From NCBI GenBank assembly GCA_040771865.1, contig JAXGZF010000009.1, positions 124,001 to 157,130 on the forward strand: a stretch of 33,130 nt of DNA. Reading direction: 5' to 3'. The translations under genes were made by a program, and so were the position numbers. The DNA comes from Desulfobacterales bacterium. Lineage in GTDB: Bacteria > Desulfobacterota > Desulfobacteria > Desulfobacterales > UBA2245. This document shows positions 20,670 to 27,696 of the stretch, piece after piece. The notes beneath the pieces were generated by a model. It ran no database searches and had not been told where the DNA came from. It worked only from the letters and a program-made list of their open reading frames with translations. Numbering within the stretch: the first letter of the stretch is position 1; every line of letters begins with the position of its first letter.

Positions 20670-20726
20670 TTGAGCCACGAAGCGAACAAGGAACACGAAG
20701 AATAAAGAGAATTTGAACCACGAAGA
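20670..20726. repeat. Dispersed repeat family B, left half only
   Basis: TTGAGCCACGAAG...AACACGAAGAATAAAGAGAATTTGAACCACGAAG; matches 4057-4092. Confidence 0.7.
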
Positions 20727-20730
20727 TGGA

Positions 20731-20819
20731 CGGGATATTCAAAGACAGAAATCAGGGCGTCAGGCAAGGCGCGCAACACTGAATGGCGATTTCGGGCGCA
20801 GTTTTTCCACAGTCTGTTA
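20731..20819. mobile_element. Family A element with internal deletion
   Basis: GTCAGGCAAGGCGCGC joined directly to AACACTGAATGGCG...GTTTTTCCACAGTCTGTTA. Confidence 0.7.
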
Positions 20820-20886
20820 AAATATTACTCAAACTCGTTCCCTGATGGTGATATAATCGCCTTCAACAGGACAGCCCCAATCACTT

Positions 20887-21029
20887 CGCAGGGTGTTGAA
20901 AAATAAGAATCAGGCTATCAGGCAAGGCGCGCGGCGATACGACAAGCGGAGCATAAGCATGTGTGAGCATTGTGAAAGCCGCGCAACGCTGAATGGCGGC
21001 CTCAGGCGCGGTTTTTCAACAGCCTGTCA
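20887..21029. mobile_element. Family A element, full copy
   Basis: CAGGGTGTTGAAAAATAAGAATCAGG...GGCAAGGCGCGCGGC...GCCGCGCAACGCTGAATGGCGGCCTCAGGCGCGGTTTTTCAACAGCCTG. Confidence 0.8.
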
Positions 21030-21087
21030 GCAGCAGGCTCGGTAACGCATGAAATTTTACAGCCACATATGGAACACCGGAGCCATC

Positions 21088-21498
21088 ATGAAAGCCGAGG
21101 ATTGCCATTTTCTTCCCGGCATTCTGAATCTGGTCGAAAACCTGATCGACGCACCCAAAGGGCCGATTCCGGGCATGGCGGACTTCACCTATACCTTGAC
21201 AAAATCCGCTGGCGCGGCCATGTTGAGCGTCTATCGACTCGGCGTGCCGATCTGGACCGCCGGCTTTTATCTGAATCAGGACGGCGCCGGGCTTCTGCTG
21301 CTGGCCCTGGGAAGCATGGCGGACGGCATCGGAGACGAACCGTGCCGATGCGGCCGTCTCAAGACGCCCGGAATGATCACCCTGGTTCACAGAACCAGTT
21401 CGATCGCCCGAATCACACAAAAGGACGCGGCCATGCTCACCGACTTTGGAAAGGTCATGTGCGCGGCCTGGCTGAAAGGCAGACACACGGGTGTTTGA
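21088..21498 (+). CDS. Hypothetical protein (about 136 aa)
   Basis: GGAG 5 nt before ATG 21088 (alternative start 21049); gene-like codon usage; no recognised motif. Confidence 0.65.
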   Translation: MKAEDCHFLPGILNLVENLIDAPKGPIPGMADFTYTLTKSAGAAMLSVYRLGVPIWTAGFYLNQDGAGLLLLALGSMADGIGDEPCRCGRLKTPGMITLVHRTSSIARITQKDAAMLTDFGKVMCAAWLKGRHTGV

Positions 21499-21780
21499 AC
21501 CACGAAGGACACGAAGCACAATGGAATGAAGTCTTTATTTTTATTAATGTTTTTTGATTTTAACCATACAACGCACGAGGAGCGGGATTCACCCGAACAC
21601 GAAGATTGAAGAGAACTGCTTCACCATGAAGGGAGCGAAGGACATGAAGATTAAAAAGAGTGGGCTCACCATGAAGCTCACCAGCGGATTAAAACCCTCG
21701 TGATCTTCGTGGTAAAAAATTAAAATTAAGTTCTTCATTCCGCTATACCTTCGTGATCTTCGTGGCATTCGTAATAAAAA
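21494..21780. repeat. Dispersed repeat family B, composite copy
   Basis: TTGAACCACGAAGGACACGAAG, several CA(C/T)GAAG units, then CTCGTGATCTTCGTGGTAAAAAATTAAAAT and CTTCATTCCGCTATACCTTCGTGATCTTCGTGG. Confidence 0.8.
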
Positions 21781-21805
21781 ATATTTACTGACAAGCGGAA
21801 ACCCA

Positions 21806-22564
21806 ATGAAGCTGCCCGACCTTGTGAAAAATTTTTTTATCATCCTGGCCCTGATTTCAGCCGCGCCGGCCTTTGCGATCACCGGCACGGAAATCATCGA
21901 ACGATCCGACCGGGCGGTTCAGGGCAAAACCCAGATCGCCGAGATCGAGATCACCATTCAAACGCGAAGGTGGACCCGGACTTTGTCGATGAAGTCCTTC
22001 GGCATCCGCGGAGAGAAAAAATCCTTTTCGGAAATACTTTCGCCCAAGAAGGACGCGGGCAACCGGTTCCTGCTGGTCGGAGACAACATGTGGCACTACG
22101 TGCCCAATCTTCAGCAGACCATCAAGATTTCCCCGTCCATGATGCTTCAGTCCTGGATGGGTTCGGACTTCACCAACGACGACATCGTCAAGGAATCAAG
22201 CATCGTCAATGACTACACCCATGAAATCGCCGGCGAGGAAACCGTGGACGGGCACGAATGCTACCGAGTGGAGCTGATTCCCAAACCCGAAGCCGTCGTG
22301 GTCTGGGGAAAAATCGTCTACTATGCCCGGATTTCGGATTGTCTGCCGGTGCGCGAGGATTTTTACAGCGAGCGCAATGAATTAAAAAAGCAGCTTTTCT
22401 GCGAAAACTTCCGGCACATGGACGACCGGGTCATTCCGACGGTTTACCGAATGCAGACCCTCAGCACGCCGGACCGGTACACGATGATGGAAATTCGATC
22501 CGTTCAATTCGACCGGCCGATTCCCGAATCCGTGTTTTCGTTTCAGAACCTGAAAAGGAGATAA
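21806..22564 (+). CDS. LolA-like outer-membrane lipoprotein-sorting protein
   Basis: Signal peptide ending APAFA; QSWMGSDFTNDD, MWHYVP, C-terminal IPESVFSFQNL. Confidence 0.85.
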   Translation: MKLPDLVKNFFIILALISAAPAFAITGTEIIERSDRAVQGKTQIAEIEITIQTRRWTRTLSMKSFGIRGEKKSFSEILSPKKDAGNRFLLVGDNMWHYVPNLQQTIKISPSMMLQSWMGSDFTNDDIVKESSIVNDYTHEIAGEETVDGHECYRVELIPKPEAVVVWGKIVYYARISDCLPVREDFYSERNELKKQLFCENFRHMDDRVIPTVYRMQTLSTPDRYTMMEIRSVQFDRPIPESVFSFQNLKRR

Positions 22565-22571
22565 GCAGGCC

Positions 22572-23819
22572 GTGTCCTCCTCCCGAATCATCTTTCTTCT
22601 GGCCTGGCGCAACGTATGGCGAAACCGGCGCCGGACCGTGCTGACCCTGCTGACCATCATGATCGGCGCGGCCATGATCATTTTTTTAAACGCCATGGCC
22701 AAGGGCGGTCACGACCAGATGATCGAGGACGCCGCAGCCCTGAACACCGGCCATATTCAGATTCACGAAAAAGGGTTCCAGGACAACCAGACCATCGACT
22801 ACGCCTTTGTTCCCTCCGACGGCCTGATCCGGTTTCTGGACGACCACCCCGACATTCAGGGCCGGGCCCCGAGGGTCCTGGCCGGGGGGCTGCTCGCCTT
22901 TGAAGACAACACACGGGGCGTGATGATTCAGGGTATCGATCCGGAAGCGGAGATCAATGTCAGCGACCTGTACCGCAAGATTCTGCCCGGCGGCCGGTAT
23001 TTATCGGCCGCGGACTCCCTGTCGGTGATCATGGGCCAGACCCTTGCCGACAACGCCGGGGTTGCGGTCGGGGATTCGATCGCCCTGATCTCCCAGGGAT
23101 TCGACGGTTCCATCGCCGCGGACCGCTTTGTGGTCGAAGGCCTGTTTGTCACGGGGAATCCGGAATACGACCGCAACCTCGTCCTCATGCCCCTTTCCCA
23201 GGCCCAGGAGACCTTCACGATGATGGGGCACATTCACACCATGGCCCTTCGCCTTTCCGAGGCCGGACGGACGGAAGCCGTCAGGGCCGAAATTCTGGAA
23301 CAGGTTGCAAACGCCCCCTACCCTCTTGAGGTCCTGGGCTGGGACGAGCTGATGCCCGAGCTGGTCCAGTTCATCGTAATGGACGACATCGGGGGATACA
23401 TCTTCGACGGCATTCTGTTTCTCGTGGTGGCCTTCGGCATTCTCAACACCATTCAGATGTCGGTCTTTGAACGCACCCGGGAAATCGGCATCATGCTGTC
23501 CATCGGAACCCGGCCCACAGCCGTTTCCGGCATGATTCTCATCGAGTCCATGGCGATCGCCGCAATGGGAATCGTTCTGGGAATCGCCCTGGGCGGGGGA
23601 ATCAGTCTGTATTTTGAGTTCAACCCCCTGGACTATTCCCGGTTCTCGGAGGAAATCGCTGTGTGGGGAATGACCACCACGGTGTATCCGGCCATCGCCA
23701 CGAAGCTCAACATTCTGGCGACATCGGCAACGATCTTTGTGCTGGCCGTGCTCTTTTCCCTGCTGCCAGCCCGGCGCGCCGCCGGGCTCAAACCGGTGGA
23801 CGCCATCAGAAAGCTGTGA
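22572..23819 (+). CDS. ABC transporter permease (FtsX/MacB/LolC-E type)
   Basis: LAWRNVWRNRRRT, periplasmic domain, SVFERTREIGIM, PARRAAGLKPVDAI. Confidence 0.92.
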   Translation: MSSSRIIFLLAWRNVWRNRRRTVLTLLTIMIGAAMIIFLNAMAKGGHDQMIEDAAALNTGHIQIHEKGFQDNQTIDYAFVPSDGLIRFLDDHPDIQGRAPRVLAGGLLAFEDNTRGVMIQGIDPEAEINVSDLYRKILPGGRYLSAADSLSVIMGQTLADNAGVAVGDSIALISQGFDGSIAADRFVVEGLFVTGNPEYDRNLVLMPLSQAQETFTMMGHIHTMALRLSEAGRTEAVRAEILEQVANAPYPLEVLGWDELMPELVQFIVMDDIGGYIFDGILFLVVAFGILNTIQMSVFERTREIGIMLSIGTRPTAVSGMILIESMAIAAMGIVLGIALGGGISLYFEFNPLDYSRFSEEIAVWGMTTTVYPAIATKLNILATSATIFVLAVLFSLLPARRAAGLKPVDAIRKL

Positions 23820-23823
23820 GGCC

Positions 23824-25059
23824 ATGAAAATCTTTTTCCGAATCGGCTGGCGAAACCTGTGGAGAAACAAACGGCGGTCCCTGGTGGTGATCTCCTCGAT
23901 CGCCCTGGGAATCTTCGCCATGATGTTTTCCATGGCCCTGATGAACGGCCTGAACAACCAGATGGTGGAAAACACGATCAGCACCTCCCTGGGCCATATC
24001 GCCGTCCAGCACGCGGGATTTCAGGACGACATGAAGCTTCAGAACAGCTTCGCCCTGTCGGAAAACACAACGCACAGCCTGGAACAGACTCCCGGCATTC
24101 TGGCTTATGCGCCCAGAATTCAGCTCGAAGGCATGATCCGGTCCAGCGAGGCCTCGCGGGGGGTCCTGATCATCGGAATCGATCCGGAAAAGGAAAAATC
24201 GGTCTCGGACATCGCTGAATATCTGCTGCCCGATCAGGGCGGAACCTTTCTGTTGAACCGAGGCTCGCGGGAACTGCTGATCTCAAAGACCCTGGCCGAG
24301 AAGCTCGACCTGAGGGTCGGCGACAAGGCGGTGATCCTGTTTCAGGACATCGACCGGGAAATCTCGGGTGCGGCCCTGACCGTTCGGGGGCTCTACCAGA
24401 GCCCGATCGACAGCTTCGACAAGTATGTGATCTACACGGGCATGGACACCCTGGCGAAAATGGCCGGCATCGGAAACCGGATTTCCCGGGTCGTGGTGAG
24501 AACCGAAAACCGGGACGCGGTGGATTCGGCGGCCGCGCTCCTGAGGGCGGCTGTTCCGGACCCCGGCATCGAGATTCTCACCTGGAAGGACATGGCGCCG
24601 AACCTGCTCAGCGCCGTGGCCCTGTTTGACGCGATGATGTATATCTTCTTTGCCATCATCTTCACCACCGTGGTCTTTTCCATCGCCAACGTCCTGATCA
24701 TGGCGGTCATGGAGCGGTTTCACGAGATCGGGGTGATGAAATCCATCGGTACCCGTCCGGTATGGATCGGCGCCATGGTGGTGTTCGAGGCCGTCAATCT
24801 GGCCCTGGCGGGCCTGATCGCCGGGGTGGTTCCGGGCCTGCTGCTCGTCGGGCTGCTCTCGGTCACGGGCATAGATTTTTCCTTTTACATGGAGTCTGTG
24901 CGGGTCTGGGGAACCGGCGCCGTCGTGTATCCCTCGATCAAGCCGATGGATGTCTGGGTTTCGGCCCTGATCGTGATGGGCACCACCCTGACGGCGGCCG
25001 TCTATCCGGCGGTCAAGGCCGCCCGCATCAAACCCCTGGAAGCCCTTCACTTCATCTGA
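23824..25059 (+). CDS. ABC transporter permease (FtsX/MacB/LolC-E type), second subunit
   Basis: Start corrected to ATG 23824. WRNLWRNKRRS, ERFHEIGVMKSIG, YPAVKAARIKPLEAL. Confidence 0.92.
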   Translation: MKIFFRIGWRNLWRNKRRSLVVISSIALGIFAMMFSMALMNGLNNQMVENTISTSLGHIAVQHAGFQDDMKLQNSFALSENTTHSLEQTPGILAYAPRIQLEGMIRSSEASRGVLIIGIDPEKEKSVSDIAEYLLPDQGGTFLLNRGSRELLISKTLAEKLDLRVGDKAVILFQDIDREISGAALTVRGLYQSPIDSFDKYVIYTGMDTLAKMAGIGNRISRVVVRTENRDAVDSAAALLRAAVPDPGIEILTWKDMAPNLLSAVALFDAMMYIFFAIIFTTVVFSIANVLIMAVMERFHEIGVMKSIGTRPVWIGAMVVFEAVNLALAGLIAGVVPGLLLVGLLSVTGIDFSFYMESVRVWGTGAVVYPSIKPMDVWVSALIVMGTTLTAAVYPAVKAARIKPLEALHFI

Positions 25060-25075
25060 TTCGGAGACTCTATCG

Positions 25076-25756
25076 ATGATCGTTCTGAAAAACGTCGAAA
25101 AAGATTACCTTCACCACGGCAAAAAGATTCCGGCCCTGCGCGGGGTGAGCCTGACGATTCAGGGCGGGGAATTTTCCGCCCTGGCCGGGCCCTCGGGGTC
25201 GGGAAAAACCACTCTGCTCAACATCATCGGGGGTCTGGACGCGCCCACCGCCGGATCGGTGACCGTGGACGGAACGGCCCTGACCGCGCTTTCCCCCAGG
25301 GAACTGGCCGACATGCGGCTGAGAAAAATCGGATTCGTCTTTCAGGCCTACAACCTGATTCCCGTGCTCAGCGCCCTGGAAAACGTGGAATACGTCCTGC
25401 TGCTTCAGGGCCTTGAAAAAAAACAGCGGCGTGAACGGGCCGTGGCCGTGCTGACCGAGGTGGGGCTTATAGACCAGTTGCACCGTCTGCCCCATGAACT
25501 TTCCGGAGGCCAGCAGCAGCGCGTGGCCGTGGCCCGGGCCATCGTATCGGCGCCGTCCATCGTGCTGGCCGACGAGCCGACTGCCAACCTGGACCAGAAA
25601 ACCGGGGCCATGCTCATGGACATCATGCACGAGATGAACCTGAAAAAAGGCATCACCTTTCTGTTTTCCACCCATGACCCCATGGTCATGGAACGTTCTG
25701 AGCGGCTGATCCGCCTCTCGGACGGAAACATCGTCTCGGATGAATCAAAACGATGA
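25076..25756 (+). CDS. ABC transporter ATP-binding protein (LolD-like)
   Basis: GPSGSGKT, FVFQ, LSGGQQQRV, LADEPT, STHD. Confidence 0.95.
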   Translation: MIVLKNVEKDYLHHGKKIPALRGVSLTIQGGEFSALAGPSGSGKTTLLNIIGGLDAPTAGSVTVDGTALTALSPRELADMRLRKIGFVFQAYNLIPVLSALENVEYVLLLQGLEKKQRRERAVAVLTEVGLIDQLHRLPHELSGGQQQRVAVARAIVSAPSIVLADEPTANLDQKTGAMLMDIMHEMNLKKGITFLFSTHDPMVMERSERLIRLSDGNIVSDESKR

Positions 25757-27009
25757 GATCCATCATCCCGCTGATCCCCGCCCTGGCCGCGGTTCTTCTG
25801 CTGGGAGCGATGCTTCCCGCATATGCTCAGGACGCCGAGGAACCGGTCTTCAAACTGACCGGGCGGTACCAGAACCTGCTGGTCGCCGCCGGGACCGAGG
25901 ACACCGCCGGTCAGGATACGGACACCCTGGTCTTTGACCTGAACCGGCTTCGCCTGACCCCGGAATTCCGGTTTTCGGACAATTTCATCCTCCATGCGGA
26001 CGTGGACAACGAACTCTTTGTCGGAAACGACCTCGACGGCCCGGCATTTCAGGATTACCTGAATCCGTGGTCCTACAACGATCTGTGGAACCCGAGCACG
26101 GACAACGAAATCGGCGGCGACCTGGTCTACCGCCTCAAGCTGCACCGGGCCTACGCCAAGCTGGTCACGGGAAAATGGACCCTGACCCTGGGCCGCCAGC
26201 AGGTCCGGTTCGGCAGCGGCCGAATCTGGAATCCCCTGGACATTCTCAACCCCATATCCCCCACCTTTGTCGAGGGGGCCGAGGACCAGAAGGGCATCGA
26301 TGCGTTTAGGGCCGAATACTATCCCGGCCCGGCCACGGAGATTACCGCGGTGTATGCTCCCCGGCGCGAGGACGATGTCCTGGATACTTCAGCCCTGGTC
26401 CATGCGGACGCAATCGTCCGGTTCAAGACCGCCTGGAAAGATACGGATCTGGCCGTGCTGGGAGGGACGGTCGCCCGGCGTGCCGTAATCGGCGCGGATG
26501 CCGCCGGCATTCTGAAAGGCGGCCTTCTGCGGGCCGCCGTGATGCATTCAAAACCCGAGGACGGAGACGGATTCTGGCTGGCCGGTGCGGGCTACGAATA
26601 CGCGTTTCAAAACGGCCTGTACACGCTTGTCGAGTATTTCTACAACGGAAACGCCCTGAACGATGATCCGGAACTGGCCCAGGCCTGGGCCGAAACCCGA
26701 ATTCAGGGCATGAACGAGGAGCGGTACCGGCTGCTGTCCAATCATTTTCTCACCTTGAACGCCCACTACCTGGGCCTGGCCATGGGATACGACATCACCC
26801 CGCTGGTGCGGGCCGACCTGTTTCTCATCTACGACGTCGAGGGAAACGGAATCTTTATCTCCCCGACCGCGACCTGGAACATGTTCCAGAACACGGATCT
26901 TTCCGTGTCCGTGATGACGGGCTGCGTGTCTGACGGATCGGACGAGTCCGACTTCGAGGCGTTTGCCGAACATCCGCTGGTCTCCGTATCGCTGATCCGC
27001 TATTTTTGA
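25753..27009 (+). CDS. Probable outer-membrane beta-barrel protein
   Basis: Signal peptide ending AYA; LHRAY, TLGRQQVRFGSG, NPLD; alternating beta patterns; terminal YF; ATGA overlap with the ATPase gene. Confidence 0.75.
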   Translation: MRSIIPLIPALAAVLLLGAMLPAYAQDAEEPVFKLTGRYQNLLVAAGTEDTAGQDTDTLVFDLNRLRLTPEFRFSDNFILHADVDNELFVGNDLDGPAFQDYLNPWSYNDLWNPSTDNEIGGDLVYRLKLHRAYAKLVTGKWTLTLGRQQVRFGSGRIWNPLDILNPISPTFVEGAEDQKGIDAFRAEYYPGPATEITAVYAPRREDDVLDTSALVHADAIVRFKTAWKDTDLAVLGGTVARRAVIGADAAGILKGGLLRAAVMHSKPEDGDGFWLAGAGYEYAFQNGLYTLVEYFYNGNALNDDPELAQAWAETRIQGMNEERYRLLSNHFLTLNAHYLGLAMGYDITPLVRADLFLIYDVEGNGIFISPTATWNMFQNTDLSVSVMTGCVSDGSDESDFEAFAEHPLVSVSLIRYF

Positions 27010-27021
27010 AAGGGCTTGAAC

Positions 27022-27126
27022 CAGGTATTTTGGGGTCGGCAGGTATTTTGGCATATTTTGGGGTCGTTGCTCCATTTTGGGGTCGCTCCATGGTGTGCAT
27101 TTTGGGGTGGGTGCATTTTGGGGTCG
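27022..27126 (+). repeat. Irregular array of ATTTTGGGGT(C/G)G units
   Basis: Units start at 27027, 27045 (partial), 27055, 27074, 27099 and 27115, with 3-13 nt linkers. Confidence 0.9.
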
Positions 27127-27413
27127 GGCCACGCTATCTTATTGATATCTCAGGATTATACCTCCAAAAATAGGCGTTTTTGACTCTTAAACCACTATTT
27201 TCGGGGGTAAAATCACCATTGTAAGAAACCTGCGCCTCAGGAAGTTGATGTGCCATATATGACCTGGAAGATAATGCCGCTTTGCTCTTGCCATCTGCAC
27301 TCGTTTTTCTTAAATGCGCGTTTTTGACCCCTAAAATGCCCTTTTAAGCCTTTTTTTAGCGTGTTTTTTTAATGTATTGTTCATGATATCAAATCGTTAC
27401 CGTGGCCCGACCC
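27121..27413. mobile_element. 293-bp non-autonomous element with 108-bp imperfect terminal inverted repeats
   Basis: Perfect 13-bp ends GGGTCGGGCCACG / CGTGGCCCGACCC. Matching blocks at identical offsets from both ends: TTGATATC 22-29, CTTAAA 66-71, ATTTT 77-81, TAAGAAA 102-108. Confidence 0.8.
27134..27294 (-). pseudogene. Internally deleted Y1 (IS200-like/RAYT-type) HUH transposase remnant
   Basis: MARAKRHYLPGHIWHI (typical Y1 transposase N-terminus up to the first His) joined out of frame to QLPEAQVSYNGDFTPENSGLRVKNAYFWRYNPEISIR*, which resembles, from memory, the C-terminal tail of such proteins. Confidence 0.7.
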
Positions 27414-27436
27414 TCGATTCGCAGCCTGATTATGCC

Positions 27437-27466
27437 TTGACACCCAAGCCCTCCTGCTGTTAAGAA
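27437..27466 (+). promoter_or_regulatory. Candidate sigma70 promoter upstream of the leader peptide
   Basis: TTGACA at 27437-27442; imperfect -10 (TGt-TAAGAA, 18-nt spacer). Confidence 0.35.
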
Positions 27467-27500
27467 TCAGTCTATTTTTAAAGGGTTCAATCGTCGCACC

Positions 27501-27587
27501 ATGAAAAAAATTCAGCCCGTTGTCATACTTCTCGGCCTTATGATCCTCGCGGCCGGCATTCTGATCCGCCGCGAGGAACGGGGATGA
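27501..27587 (+). CDS. Ile/Leu/Val-rich attenuator leader peptide (28 aa)
   Basis: MKKIQPVVILLGLMILAAGILIRREERG*; 12 of 28 codons are Ile/Leu/Val; its stop overlaps the antiterminator strand; upstream of an ilvB-like gene. Confidence 0.75.
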   Translation: MKKIQPVVILLGLMILAAGILIRREERG

Positions 27588-27662
27588 TAACGGCTTAAAA
27601 TTAAAGGTTCGCAAATCAGTTTAAACCGTTATCCGCCCCGGGCTGATAACGGTTTTTGATTT
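27586..27662 (+). terminator. Transcription attenuator: alternative antiterminator and intrinsic terminator
   Basis: TTTAAACCGTTATC (27620-27633) can pair with GATAACGGCTTAAA (27586-27599, 13/14) or with GATAACGGTTT (27645-27655), which runs into a T-rich tail. Confidence 0.8.
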
Positions 27663-27696
27663 GATTCGAATCGATTCGAAGGAAAAGGAAGGCGCC

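Noticed and set aside
20845..20870. Fluoride riboswitch-like GGTGAT...TCGCC
   Set aside because: Lacks the GAUGG core and pseudoknot partner.
27022..27126. CRISPR array
   Set aside because: Repeats of 12 nt and linkers of 3-13 nt are too short and irregular; no cas genes.
27381..27614. 77-aa minus-strand ORF
   Set aside because: Antisense to the leader/attenuator and overlapping the element end; no motif.
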